Shown here: one piece after another, positions 1 through 12,200 of the stretch
Position numbering within the stretch: position 1 is the stretch's first letter
Layout: each line of letters begins with the position of its first letter
From: Lama guanicoe
Taxonomy: Eukaryota
Reading direction: 5' to 3'
Length of the DNA stretch: 64,000 nt
Assembly (NCBI GenBank): GCA_013239625.1
Contig: MU054413.1
Coordinates: 5,598,861-5,662,860 of the forward strand
Translations under genes and position numbers: made by a program
The notes under the pieces: generated by a model
The model's input: the letters and a program-made list of their open reading frames with translations, nothing else
Told to the model about the DNA's origin: nothing
The model's database searches: none

Positions 1-41
1 TAAGACCCTGGGCACTGGCCTTGTAAGAAGCATCTCTTTTT

Positions 42-174
42 TTGTTGTTTTTGTTGTTGTTGTTCGGGGGGGAGGTAATTACGTTTATTTATTTTTAGAG
101 GAGGTACTGGGGATTGAACCCAGGACCTCATGCATGCTAAGCATGCACTCTACCACTTGAACTATACCCTCCCC
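42..174 (-). mobile_element. Vic-1 SINE (camelid, tRNA-Ala derived), copy 1
   Basis: Reverse complement reads GGGGAGGGTATAGTTCAAGTGGTAGAGTGCATGCTTAGCATGCATGAGGTCCTGGGTTCAATCCCCAGTACCTCC, then AATAAATAAAC.TAATTACCTCCCCCCC and an A-rich tail. Pol III A/B boxes are present. Confidence 0.9.
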
Positions 175-179
175 ACTAA

Positions 180-307
180 TATTTTTTGTGGGGTAGGAGG
201 AGGTAATCTGATAGATTGATTGATTTTTAAGTGGAGGTACAGGGCACTGAACCCAGGACCTCGTGCATACTAAGCATGCGCTCTACCACTGAACCATACC
301 CTCCCCC
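180..307 (-). mobile_element. Vic-1 SINE, copy 2 (tandem with copy 1)
   Basis: Same tRNA-like head and C-rich tail segment. TSD aagaagcatctcttttt at 25-41 and 308-324 flanks both copies. Confidence 0.9.
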
Positions 308-775
308 AAGAAGCATCTCTTTTTATTCTGATGCTTTGACATCCTGAGGCCTTGCTGACCCTGGAGGGACTGGGCCTCCCAGCACTAGCCAATTCCTAGA
401 GATAATGAAGGACTCTGCAGTGAGTACACCTCCTATATGCAAACCAATCAATCAGAGCCCACACCCCAGCCACCCTCTTTATGAAGGCCTTACAAAGCTC
501 TCACACTCTGGGCCAGATGCCCTAATCACCCCAGGGCAGGTACCAGACAACTCGGGGCAGCCCTATGCCCCAGAGCCCACTGCAGTTATACAAACTAGAC
601 AGTCCTCCACCTGCATACCCAGTCTCACCTGTGCTTCCTGCAGAAACCACAGTAAAGGCTCTTGCCCATATTCCCCCTCCCCTTGGCATCCTGACTGACC
701 CTGGTGCTTGCTGGTGTGACCCTGCATGGTGTACCTCCTCCTCTTGAGAACTGGGAGTAATATACTATCTTTTCT

Positions 776-1229
776 TTATTTTTTTTAATTGAGGCATAAC
801 TGACATATTTCAGGTATACAACACAATAATTCAGTATTTGTATACAGTTTGCACTCTGTATCTGAGGGTTTGGCACCCATGGATTCAACCCACCAGAGAT
901 CAGAAATATTCGGGAAAAAAATTCCAGAAAGGTCCGAAAAGCAAAACTTGAATTTGCTGCATCAGCAATTATTGCATAGCATNNNNNNNNNNNNNNNNNN
1001 NNNNNNNNNNNNNNNNNNNNNNNNNNNNNNNNNNNNNNNNNNNNNNNNNNNNNNNNNNNNNNNNNNNNNNNNNNNNNNNNNNNNNNNNNNNNNNNNNNNN
1101 NNNNNNNNNNNNNNNNNNNNNNNNNNNNNNNNNNNNNNNNNNNNNNTCCTGGAACCAATACCCTAGAAAATATGGAGGGATGACTGTATATGCAATACAC
1201 CACAATAAATTTTAGTTAACATCTGTTAC
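776..1229 (-). mobile_element. L1 3' end fragment, interrupted by a MER2-type element
   Basis: Poly-T followed by aattgaggcataactgacata...ttcaggtatacaacac...ttcagtatttgtata, resuming at 1187 (tatatgcaa...tagttaacatctgttac). Typical antisense L1 3'UTR. Confidence 0.7.
845..1186 (-). mobile_element. TcMar-Tigger non-autonomous DNA transposon (MER2/MER2B-like)
   Basis: Degenerate TIRs cagtttgcactctgtatc... and ...tatggagggatgactg, with TA on both sides (843-844, 1187-1188). Length ~342 bp including an N block. Confidence 0.75.
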
Positions 1230-1379
1230 NNNNNNNNNNNNNNNNNNNNNNNNNNNNNNNNNNNNNNNNNNNNNNNNNNNNNNNNNNNNNNNNNNNNNNN
1301 NNNNNNNNNNNNNNNNNNNNNNNNNNNNNNNNNNNNNNNNNNNNNNNNNNNNNNNNNNNNNNNNNNNNNNNNNNNNNNN

Positions 1380-2560
1380 CAAAACAGAAACGGAGTCATA
1401 GATTCAGAGAACAAATAGGTGGCTGCCGGATGAGAGGCGTGTGCGGGGAGGAGAGAGATAAGTGAGGGAGATTAAGAGGTGCAGACCTCCAGTTACAAAA
1501 TAAATGAGTCATGGGTATGAAGTGTACAGTGTGGGGAATATAGTCAATAACAATGTTACAACTTTGTATAGTGAGATGACAACTAGTCTTACTATGGTGA
1601 TCATTTTGGACTGTATAGAAATATGGAATCACTATGTTGTGTACAAGAACCAACACAGTGTTGTAGGTCAATTATACTTCAAATTCATAGAAAAAGAGAT
1701 CATATTTGTGGTTATCAGATCATGGGGGTCAGGGGAGAGGAAAGTGGATGGAGGCAGTCAAAAGGTACAAACTTCTAGTTGTAAGATAAGTAAGTACTAG
1801 GGGTATAATGTACAACATGATAAATTAACACTGCTGTATGTTATACATGAAAGTTGCTGAGAGTAAATCTAAGAGTTCTCATCACAGGGAAAAAAATTCT
1901 TTTTTTAATTTTATATCTATATGAGATGATGGATGTTAACTTATTGAGGTAATCATTTCATGACATGTATAAGTCAAATCATTATTCTGTATACCTTAAA
2001 ATTATGCAGTGCCGTATGTCAAATTATATCAATAAAACTGGAAGAAAAGAGGAGAAAAGGAAGAAAAAGGAAGGGAATTCTGACACATGCTACAACAGGG
2101 ATGAACACTGAGAACATTACGCAAAGTTGAAGCCAGTCACAATAAGATAAATACTGTACGATTTCCATTTATATGATGTACATAGAGCAGTCAAATTCAC
2201 AGGGACAGAAAGGAGAATAATGGTTGTCAGGGCTCGAAGGTAGGGTGNNNNNNNNNNNNNNNNNNNNNNNNNNNNNNNNNNNNNNNNNNNNNNNNNNNNN
2301 NNNNNNNNNNNNNNNNNNNNNNNNNNNNNNNNNNNNNNNNNNNNNNNNNNNNNNNNNNNNNNNNNNNNNNNNNNNNNNNNNNNNNTTTTTTAGGGGAGAG
2401 GTGATTAGGTTTATTTATTTATTTTAATGGAGGTACTGGGGATGGAACCCAGGACCTCATGCATGCTAACCAACTCTATCATTGAGTTATACATACCCTC
2501 CTCCTTAAAATGGTAAATTTTATATTATGTACACTTCACTACAGTTTTTTAATGCACAGC
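1380..2560 (+). mobile_element. Cluster of L1 3'UTR fragments
   Basis: Typical L1 3' motifs (ccagttacaaaataaatgagtc, gtcaaattatatcaataaaactgg, tgacacatgctacaacagggatgaac). Confidence 0.7.
2386..2504 (-). mobile_element. Vic-1 SINE, copy 3
   Basis: ggagaggtgattaggtttatttattt...ggaggtactggggatggaacccaggacctcatgcatgctaa...ataccctcc. Confidence 0.85.
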
Positions 2561-2787
2561 CAAGTTATACTTCCCAGCAAATCCATGCACATGGGAATAA
2601 TCACTGTTCCTCATCCTGTCCTATAACAAAACTGCTCAAGGCAGCAGGAAGTGATCTTTAAAGTTTCTCCACTAGTGAGGTCATGATACTTGTTTGGGCT
2701 CCCTTGGGACTGGCCAGCTAGCACTCTGTCTGAGACGTGGGTGGGACACTTTGCTCCTCTGCCCACACCAGCTATTATAATTTAATT

Positions 2788-2815
2788 ACACACACACACA
2801 CACATACACACACAC
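2788..2815. repeat. (CA)n microsatellite
   Basis: acacacacacacacacatacacacacac seen directly. Confidence 0.95.
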
Positions 2816-2939
2816 CCCTGTATGTATGTGCATTTGCTGACAGGAGAAAATGATACCTATTTTAATTTGGATTTCTTTGTTTTCTCTTGAGGCTCAACTT
2901 TTTGTTGACCATTTGCTTGCGCTTTTCACAAGTTGCCTG

Positions 2940-3084
2940 GTTTTTTGTTGTTATTGTTGTTTTTGGCAGGGGGAGGGAGATAATTAGGTTTATTTATTTA
3001 TTTTAATAGAGGTACTGGTGATGGGACCCATGACCTCGTGCATGCTAAGCATGTCTCTACCACTTGGGCTATACCCTCCCCCCT
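2940..3084 (-). mobile_element. Vic-1 SINE, copy 4
   Basis: Vic-1 head and tail, with 12-bp TSD acaagttgcctg at 2928-2939 and 3085-3096. Confidence 0.92.
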
Positions 3085-3211
3085 ACAAGTTGCCTGTTCT
3101 TAATGACACGAGAGCAACCAGGAGAGTAAGTGGGACCCCTTCCTAGTCTCATTGGCACTTCCAATGTCATTGCCTTGTTTTTGATAACTTGCTTCACCTT
3201 TGGCATCAGGT

Positions 3212-3690
3212 ATATTAAATCAGAGTTCCTGGTAACAGATACTAAATCCTGCTAATGACGCAGAAAAGTTTTGTTTTGTTTTTGGAAACATATCAGGCAG
3301 CTCAGAGAATCATTATGAAGGCTGGAAACCCACAGTGCGAAAATGGGCAAAACCCAAGGGCAAATGGCAGCGGAGAACCAGTTGGGTCTCGTTAGGACCC
3401 TAGGCATCGTGCCAGTGGGCCTGGTGCTGCCCCCACCCTTCCTGCCAAAACAAGACTCACCATTCTCCCTTTGCAAGAGCATGTAGTTGGCCATGACAGC
3501 CACCAGGGACCACGGGACAGGGATAGTGAGGGAGGGTCTGTCATTCCTGTCCTGGGGAATGAGAGGCAAGGGAAGGCCTTCGTTCAATGAAGGAAGGGAG
3601 GATTTAGATGCTGGGCTGTCCAAAAGGTGATGCCCACCAAGTGTTTAACAGGGTACAAAGCATCTTCATGTCTATAACAATAACGATCAG
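3212..3690 (-). mobile_element. Old MaLR LTR remnant (MLT1-like)
   Basis: Degenerate MLT1-type start (tatattaaatcagagttcctggtaacaga...tcaggcagctcagagaatcattatgaaggctggaaa). Weak similarity. Confidence 0.4.
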
Positions 3691-4686
3691 CAATTGCTGT
3701 TTTATTGAGCTTTGCTATGTAGGGAGCACCCTGCTGCACATATTAAGAAGTCTGTTAACTCATCATGATCCTCTGAGGGTGGTATTATTCTCCCTGTTTC
3801 ACAAATAAGAAAACCAAGGACCAGAGTGGTTCTATCAGTTTCCTGAGGCACACTGCAAACGTCAGACCAAAAAGCCAACCCAGCTCCACCGGACTCTAAA
3901 GTCACCAGGCTTCCCAAGTGGTTGACTTAACAATCTCAACACCTCTCTCCCCAGGGATCAGGTAGCCCCACACAAGCCCAGTCGTCTGACTCCAGATCCA
4001 TTCTGTCAGGATGTCTGGATGCCCTTCAAGGTGCCAGGATGGCTCCAAACACGGGGTTCCCCACTCGTTGTCATAAGGAAAAGACTTAGGTGAGGGGTTT
4101 TCTGCATGTTCGCTGTGTTAGCCAGCATATAAAGAAGCGGTATAAAATGTGTATGTAAAAAGTATTGTTAAACTTCTGGTTCCAGATATGAAGGAGTAGC
4201 TGGAATCACATTGATCCTTCCCTGACCCCTGTGTAAGTAACAAGAGAAGTTGGACAAATTGTATTAAATAACTCTTGGCACCCACTAGTACGAGGCTATG
4301 ATCATTAACAGAAAGTTCCCTCAGAAACCACCCTGAGGATGTTTCCTAAACTGTGGAAAACCATGTCTAAGTTGAGGACGGCAGTTTCCCTGAGTGGGGA
4401 GAACAGAATGTAATACAAGTCTGCCAGGACAGCTGGGACTGGAGTGGTGGCAAAGGGATGCAGAGAAGGAGCCCAAAAAATCTATGGAAAAGTGCCCCTC
4501 GAGAGCACAAGGAAGCTTTCTGAGGTGATGGAAATATTCTATATTTTGATTGTGGTGATGGTTACATACCTCTTCACATGTGTCAAAAGTCTATGCGTTT
4601 TACTCTTAAAATGAGTGAATTTTATCATAAGTAAATCAGTATATTATATTTTATCAATAAAGCTGGTTATTTAAAAGTTCCTCCTG

Positions 4687-4812
4687 GGGGAGAGTATAGC
4701 TCAGTGATAGAGTGTGTGCTTAGCATGCACAAGGTCCTGGGTTCAATACCCAGTCCCACTGTTAAAAAATAAATAAATCTAATTACCTTCCTCCCCCCAT
4801 TAAAAAAAAAAA
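4687..4812 (+). mobile_element. Vic-1 SINE, copy 5
   Basis: ggggagagtatagctcagtgatagagtgtgtgcttagcatgcacaaggtcctgggttcaatacccag...taattaccttcctcccccc plus A tail. TSD ttcctcctg at 4678-4686 and 4813-4821. Confidence 0.92.
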
Positions 4813-5599
4813 TTCCTCCTGACTTTGTCTGACTGCTAAACCACCTGCACACAGGGCAAGACTTTGGGAACCAAGCAGAGAACAGCCTCTGCAGCTCGAC
4901 AGCGGAGCTGAGGTTCCGGAGGCTGTGCAGTGCTGGAAGAGCGGGAGTTTGGACCCAGCCAAAGTGGAGAGACCCTGCAAAGACCTGAGATTTTCAAATG
5001 AGGCCCCAGAAAGGCCCTCCACATATAGAAAGGCCATGCCTTAGGAGTGGGAATGGAGACCACAACTCAACAACTCCACAATTTTGGAAGCTGGAAAACA
5101 GATGAAGGCCTTGCAACTAATTCAGCAGATTTAAGACAAGTGAATCCTAAGCTACCAGTGCGGGAAGCTAAAGGCAACCTGATTTACTATGTGGAATCTC
5201 CAAAAAGTTCAGTAATTGGAGGCACCAGAATTGGGGCTGAGAGTGGGCTAAGAATAAGAGAATTATTTGAAAATTTAAGAAGAAATTAGACAACCCAAAT
5301 GCCCTCTCCTATTCTATCATCTAGACCATTAGTGAAAGACTGAAAGTTTATCCTCAGGAGAAAGTAAACTAGAGGGTCTCTAGATTAGGAGTTACTGGGC
5401 TGAGCTAGAGATGGGGCTCTGTACTTAAAACATGAGGTTAAACAAATATTCATAGACTTGGTGTGGGGTCCAACCTACTTCATTCATTCAGCTCCCAGGG
5501 TAACTCTGGGTAATTGATGGGAAAGTCTGTTTGGGGAAGTCTGACTCAGCCAGGAAAAAAAAGACCTAAGGATGCTGATAACGGGGGTTCAGCAATGAA

Positions 5600-7455
5600 A
5601 TGACTCTGCCAGATCAACCTGCAGTGAAGCACATAGTCAGAAAGCTCCAGCCATGTGCTCAGAGTTTCCAATCAACTTTTTAGGGCTCCCATTCAAAAAT
5701 CCAATATCATCAAATATCTGATGAAAGCCTCTACTATGAAAGGCAGAGACTAAAATAAACAGAAAAAAAGTTAGAGAAAATAGTTTATGCAGGGAGAAGA
5801 AAATTTTTGAAAACAACAAAAAACGTTAATATCTTCAGAGAGATTTAAAAGATATACTGCATCACTAAAACAAGAACATAATGCCATGAAATATATGTGT
5901 ATATTTTATATAAACATTATATGCATGTGCATAGAAACCTGAAACAAGAACCCAATACTATTGTTTTTTAAAAAGGGAACATTCAAAGGGCAACAAGACC
6001 TCTTAAAAATCAAAAATATCAGAAAAAATAGAAGGATTAAAAGATAAAGTTGAGGAAATCTCCCACAAAGTAGTACAAAACACAGACATGTTAAATTGGA
6101 GAGAATAGATAAGCAAACTGGAAGACTAATCCAAGAAGTCCACCTTCTGAATAATATGAGTTTCAGGAAAATGAAAACAAAAAGACAGAACAAACCGAGT
6201 GGAGGAAATGACCAAAGAAATACTTGAGGAAAAATTTCCAAAACTGAAGGATATGCACTTCCAAATTAAAAGGGCCCACTGAGTGCCTGACATAATGGAT
6301 GGACATAGACGACCCAAGGGGTGGGAGGGTATAGCTCAGTGGTAGAGCATGTACGTGCCTGGTGAGCACAAGGTTCTGGGTTCAATCCCCAGTACTTCTC
6401 TTAAGGGGAACTAAATAAATAGCTAAAAAATAGATGACCCACAACAAGACAAATCATTATAATTCAGAACATGGGAGACAAAGAGGTTCCCACCAAAGGA
6501 AGAGGGACCAGGTGAGGAATAAGGTGGGCTTGAACCTCTCAACAGAGACACTGGAAGTGAGAAGACACTTACGCAACGCGTTCAAAATTCTGCAGGAAAA
6601 TTATCCCCAACTTAAAATTTTATATCTAACCAAACTATCCATTAAGTTTGAAAGTAAAAAAAGAAAAGACATTTTCAGTCATTTAAATGATCTTAAATGA
6701 TCAAAAAAAATTTTTTTCATGTACTCAGGAGGTTTCTGGAGGATGTTGCACCAAAGTAAAGTTTGTCAACCAAGAAAAAGACAGACAACAAAAAACAGGA
6801 ATCTGACTCAGAAGAGAGGTGCAGACAGTCCCCCTGCAAGCTGGTGAAGAGAGATTAGGGAATGAAAATGATACGACAGGTCTGGACGGCACCCAGCCTA
6901 AACCAGGCTAGGCCAGGACGCTCAGGAGAGATTTCTTCAAGAAAATGAAACTGGTAGACTACCATCTGAACGTACTGAGGGGAGATTTCAACAACTGGAA
7001 TACTTTGGCAGTGAGTACAAAGAAACTAAGTGAACTGGGGTGGGGGAGAGGATGATTAACTCCAGGGAAAATAAAAGCTTAAGCTTGAAAGGAGAAGGAA
7101 TCATAACTCACCCCGTGGCTTCTAGTGTAAACACACGGGAATAGCGTTTACCTAGTGGTAATAATGTAAACACCGACTGCTGCTCTAACCAAATTATTAT
7201 ATGGCTAGATTGGGAGGATGGGAGCCAGGGAGGGTGGGTGAGTGAGGAAGACAATAAATCGTGCCTAAATTAGAAAAATCATGAAGGAATAATAAAACAA
7301 TATTATTTAGGAAATTATGGCAAACACCAAAATAATGAGCCATAAAAATTGAATGGGGAGAGCCCTGTTGAGGGTGAGGGCTTTTTTTTCCATAAGTCTT
7401 GCACCACTACTTGACTCTTTGAGTATGTGAATGAATAACTTTAATAAAAAGTAAA
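5600..7455 (+). mobile_element. Ancient L1 ORF1-containing element, probably HAL1 (half-L1)
   Basis: ORF 6434-6700 translates to LSTETLEVRRHLRNAFKILQENYPQLKILYLTKLSIKFE, similar to the L1 ORF1p C-terminus. It is followed by ~700 bp with no recognisable ORF2 and an L1ME/HAL1-type 3' end (ttgactcttt...ttaataaaaagtaaaa). Confidence 0.65.
6317..6429 (+). mobile_element. Vic-1 SINE, copy 6 (variant), inserted in the old L1/HAL1
   Basis: gggagggtatagctcagtggtagagc...ctgggttcaatccccagtac. TSD atagacgaccca 6305-6316 / atagatgaccca 6430-6441. Confidence 0.88.
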
Positions 7456-8749
7456 ACTTTGCCCTGATTTCTGTCTTAGAATGTACAAGCTGAGGCAGGC
7501 AGACACAAGAAGCCACGCTACAGAAATACAGAATCCAGGATCCTAAAAGAAAACTTTAGTTGTAGACAGGGAAGGAAAGAGTATATACAGGTAAGAGGAA
7601 CAGCTGTACTTTCAGAAACAGGCAGCCTCTCCATAGACTCATCCAGAAAACTGGCACACATAAGGTCACCTTTGAAGTTGACCTTCCAGAAGGCGGCTCC
7701 AGGGCAGGGAGCACGGGATGGAGGACCCTGGAACACAAAGCAGTCATGCCTCCCCACCATTTCCTCTGCTCCTTCCTCCACCAGCCCCTGCTCAGGCCCC
7801 TCAGGAATCCTGCCTGGAGGCGATGACTTTGTGCTCAGGTTTGCAGAGATCAAACTGGCTGAGGGGATTAGAGTGTGCTTCAGGGCCAGCAGACAAACCG
7901 GGCTTTGCTTTTGTCCCCTACTCCTGCCCGCCACATCCTCTACTCCCAGTCATGATCAGGTTTGTAGTATCTAGGCAGACAGCCCAGCCTACCCACCTGC
8001 GCTGCTTCGCCAGCTATTCCACACCCAGACAGTGGTGCTCGGAGTGAGGCTGCAGAGAAAGGGAAGGTATTAGGGGAGAATTAAGGTGAGGAAGTGACTC
8101 AGCCCAGCATAAGCCTGCAGGCATCCGGTGGAGCTCTCACAAGGCAGTGTGGCCACTTGTTTCGGCTTTCAAGTCGGCCTGGGAGTGTTGCTGAAATGTG
8201 ACTCTCTCTGCTCCGCTGAGCACTGAGGGTGGAGGGGAAAATTGGCTGGGCTCCTGCTCCCCTCCTCTGCACCCTTCTCCACAGCTCCCAGAGCATCCCT
8301 GGTGGGCCAGCAGGAGAGGGCATGGGGTGGGGGATGGGCTTGGGGGATCCTTGGATTTTGCATGAGTTTCTTTCTCCTGGATTTGTTTGCTTTACGCAGG
8401 GTGAAACCAGGTTGGAGAGGTGATCCTAGGGAGGGGCTGCCTCTCCCCCACCCCCAAGGATCTGCCCACCAAGGGGACTGAGGGTAGGTCCTTGGGGTCT
8501 GGTAGGCAGGAAGAAACCCCTTGGGGCTTAGAGGAAAGCCACTGTTCCTAGAGAGTGTGTGGTCTCCCAGTCAATTCAAATTCGGGTTCTTAACCTTGGA
8601 CAAGACGCCAGCCTATTGGAGACTATTTCTTTATCGAACAAACCCTGGGAAACAAAACTGTTCATCTGTTTGTGGTCAAGTCATTCATTCATTCACTCCA
8701 CAAACAATCTGATATGCCAGGATCTGGGCTCATTTAGCAAGAATTTAAA

Positions 8750-9760
8750 TAAACCACCTCACATGCATTAGAATGACTACTGCTTAAAAAAAAAAGTCAG
8801 CTATACAATTGACCCTTGAACAACATGGGTTTGAATTGCACTGGTCCACTTATACATGGATGTTTCTCAGCAGTAAATACTACAGTTACTACAGGGTCCA
8901 TGATTGATTGATTGAATCCGAGGAAACTTGGGTATGGAGGGCCGACTATAAATTATATGTGGATTAACCCCTGCGTTATTCAAGGGTCAACTGTATTTCA
9001 ACAACAAAAAAATTTTTTTTTAATGACAAGTGTTGACAAAGATAGGGAAATATGGGAACTTCTGTTCACTGTTGGTGGGAATGGAAAATGATTCAGGCAC
9101 TGTGGAAAACAGTATCATGTTTCCTCAAAATATTAACATATAGAATTACCATATAATCCAGCAATTCTGCCTCTGGGTGTATAGCCAGAAGAACTGAAAG
9201 CAGCATCTCAAAGTGATATTTGTACGCCTACATTCATAGCAACATTATTCACAATAGCCAAGAGGTGGAAGCAACTCAAGCGTCCATCAACAGATAAATG
9301 GATAAACAAAATGTGGTAAATACAGACAGCAGAATATTATCTAGCTTTGCAAAGGAAGGTAATCCTGTCACACGCTACAGTGTGGATGAACCATGAGGAC
9401 ATTGTGCTAAGTGAAAGCAGATTACAAAGGGACAGATATTATGTGATTCCACTTACATGATGGAGTGTACTGGAATAGTCAAATTCACAGAGACAGAAAG
9501 TAGACTGATGGTTGCCGGGGGCTGAGGGAAGAGGGGACTGGGAAGCTGTTCTTTAATGGGTGCAGAGTTTCAGTTTTGCAAGATGAAAAGAGTTCTGGTG
9601 GGGATAGGTGGTGTAAAAAACAAAAACAAACAAGCAAACAAAAGAGTTCTGGAGATTGATTGCCCACCAATATGTATATACTTAACGCTACTGAACTGTA
9701 CACTTAAAAAGGATTAAGATGGCAAAGTTTATGTTATGACTATTTTAGCTCAAAATAATA
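8750..9760 (+). mobile_element. L1 (L1MB-like) ORF2 end and 3'UTR
   Basis: gaattaccatataatccagcaattctgcctctgggt, cacaatagccaagaggtggaagcaac, gagttctggagat...ctactgaactgtacacttaaaa. Confidence 0.85.
8806..8993. mobile_element. TcMar-Tigger MITE (MER8/Tigger2-derived)
   Basis: TIRs caattgacccttgaacaacatggg / ccctgcgttattcaagggtcaactg, with TA at 8804-8805 and 8994-8995. Confidence 0.85.
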
Positions 9761-10882
9761 GTACCTTTTAATTTTTTTTTTTTAAAAAGACACACAATTC
9801 CTTCTGCCAACATACCCAGGTCTAGCTGGGCAGAGAGACTGGAACACAGCGACACGACGTAATGCCTGGTACTCAGTGACAATAACAGGCACCCAGTGAC
9901 AATGTATTGACTACTTGGTAGAAAGTATTTTTTAATAAAAAACAAGAATGAACGTATTACAGGGAAGCACAGAGGAAGAGGCATTTCATTTTGCTTAGGG
10001 ATGGAGGGGAGTGGGTTAAGGACATCTGAGCTGCACTCTCAAATGCTGGGTTTGACCAGACCAGAGAATTCTGGTTATCACACCAGTTTTAGGACTTTGG
10101 GGAAATACCCTTTGAGCCTTAGTATCCTCATGTGTAAAAAGGCAAAAATACCAAGACTGTAAGGGTACAGTGAGGATTAAATAAGAGAATGTATGTCAAT
10201 AGGCTAACGGGAACTGGCACATAATACACACTCATTTAATGGGAACTTCCAGTCTCCTTATTGTTGTTGTTGCCAGCATCATTGTCATTATCATATTTTG
10301 GCCCACGTTGGACGTTGGACAATGGTTGTAAGCTAAAGTTAAAAAGCTAGGTCAGGATCAGATTACAAAGAGCCTGGGAAGAGCCACAAGTTTGGTCAGA
10401 TTTTTCTATCCATTAGGAGGCTTGGAAGGCTTTTGAGGAAGAGAATTTCTGGGACGTTAAAAATGGATTTGCTTGCAGTTAAGTTTATATGTCTACCTGG
10501 CCTGGATATGTGGGCTTCTGGGCCATCCCATCTGGGTTTCAATGCAGTGTTCCTGTATCAAAGGGGCTTTAAGCACCAGCTAATTTAGGCAAGGCCTAGG
10601 AGGAAAGCCCCAGCCTTGAAAAAAAACAGGAGTAGAGGACCCAGAGAGGAGGTTGGCAATACTACGCAGAGGGGAAAAAAACGTACATTAAAACTGACCA
10701 TGTGGGCACCACAGTTTCCTAGGTGAACAGAGAGTGTAGCTTGAAATTTTAAGAATGTGGCCTTGTGAAATATGTATTTTACTCTCCAATATTTTGTGTT
10801 GTAGGATATGTCCATGTGTTTATGTTTGTGTGGTAAGGGACAGCAGATCTGCTTAGAAGTGTTCTTTTGAGCAAGGCCAATC

Positions 10883-11400
10883 TGTGGCAGAGATTATTTA
10901 TTGTCTTACAAATGCATTCTCTCTTCTTCCTTCATGATGCAACTCCCAGCTTTTAGCTGGGCATATGGGTACCAAGAATAGACTACATTTCCTAACCCCC
11001 CCCCAAAACCCTGCATTTCCAAGTATGACTTGCAGTTAATTGTGTCCATGAGAGAAGTCTGGCCACTGGGATATAAGAGAAAGTGGTTTGTGTGACCTTC
11101 TGAAAGTGTATTCAAAGAAAAGGGGGGAAACTTTCTTTTCCTTTCCTCCTTTTTGTTGGATGGAATCTAGACATGATGGCTGGAGCCCAAGCAGCCTTCT
11201 AGGAGTTTAAGCAGCTTAAGTCCTGTGCAGAGGAGAGTGAAACACAATGGAAGGAACCTATATCATGGAGCACTACACCAGCCTGGAGAGGTGACTTGTA
11301 GTCTTCATTTATGTGGGAGAAGAATGTAATTCTGTCTTGTTTAATCCACTGTTATTTGGGGGGTTTCTGTCACTCACAGTAAAGCATAATCTTAACTGTC
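10883..11400 (+). mobile_element. MaLR solo LTR (MLT1 family)
   Basis: Starts tgtggcagag; contains agactacatttcc, gtgtgaccttctgaaagtgt, atgatggctggagc; ends tttaatccactgttatttggggg...cttaactg. Confidence 0.7.
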
Positions 11401-11619
11401 ACCATAGCTAAGAAACCTTGGGTTTATTCCCTTCAGTGGCCTCTCTGAACCATTTTTGCCTTCAGCTTCCCCCAACGTCAGCCTGATGACACCAGGGAAG
11501 TTCTACTGGTGTTACAGATCTGTTTTAAAGGGACTACCCTGGCTCCCTGAGTGGGACAAACTCCAGACGAGGATGCCTAGACTCCAGGATGCCTAGACTT
11601 CAGAAAACAGGTATCACCT

Positions 11620-12200
11620 GGTAAAGTTAAAAATCGCATACCCCATGATCCAGCAATTCCTCTTAAATATATTAGAGGTTCATGCACGTATGGAGTAGGA
11701 GTTACACACAGCAGCATTGTTAGTAATCACCACAGACTGGACACAATCCTAATGACCATTAACAAGAGAATGGCCAAGTAAATGGGGGCTGGGGGGAGGT
11801 GTTTATACAATAGAATGGACCGTGCGGCAGTGAGAAGGAATGGACTTCCACCACAAGCATCGACATGGGCAAAATTCCAAAAAATCATGTTGCACAAAAG
11901 AAGCAAGCCATGGAAGAAAACACACGTAGAAAATTCAAAACCAGGCAACTCTGGACAATTGTCTAATGGTATATGCATTCATGGCTAAACTATACAAAAG
12001 AGAAAGAAAACGGTCCTCACCAGATTCAGGATAAAAGTTGGATGAGGGGAAGGGAGGGGGTGATGGGCTGTCACGGAGGGGAACAGAGGAGGCTTCTGGG
12101 GTTCTGGCAATGTTCTATTTCGTAATTACCCCGAGGAGCGAGAGAGGGGGTGATGATGCGTCTACTTTGGAATTATTCTTTAAACTCTGCACATGCGTGT
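11620..12200 (+). mobile_element. Old L1 (L1ME-like) 3' fragment
   Basis: cataccccatgatccagcaattcctct...ggaggcttctggggttctggcaatgttctattt. Confidence 0.7.

Larger units (their letters stand above)
1..775 (+). mobile_element. ERVL-class solo LTR (MER74-like), interrupted by Vic-1 SINEs at ~42-307
   Basis: Segments gccttgctgaccctggagggact...ctagccaattcctagagata...atatgcaaaccaatcaat...gaaaccacagtaaaggctcttgccca resemble the recalled MER74 consensus. Family assignment is by eye. Confidence 0.6.

Noticed and set aside
4687-4760. tRNA-Ala(AGC)-like sequences (here and at the other Vic-1 heads)
   Set aside because: They carry SINE tails, A-rich ends, TSDs and degenerate stems, so they are Vic-1 SINEs, not tRNA genes.
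6434-6700. 88-aa ORF resembling L1 ORF1p as a possible domesticated gene
   Set aside because: Short, decayed fragment whose upstream part is disrupted by stops and a SINE insertion.
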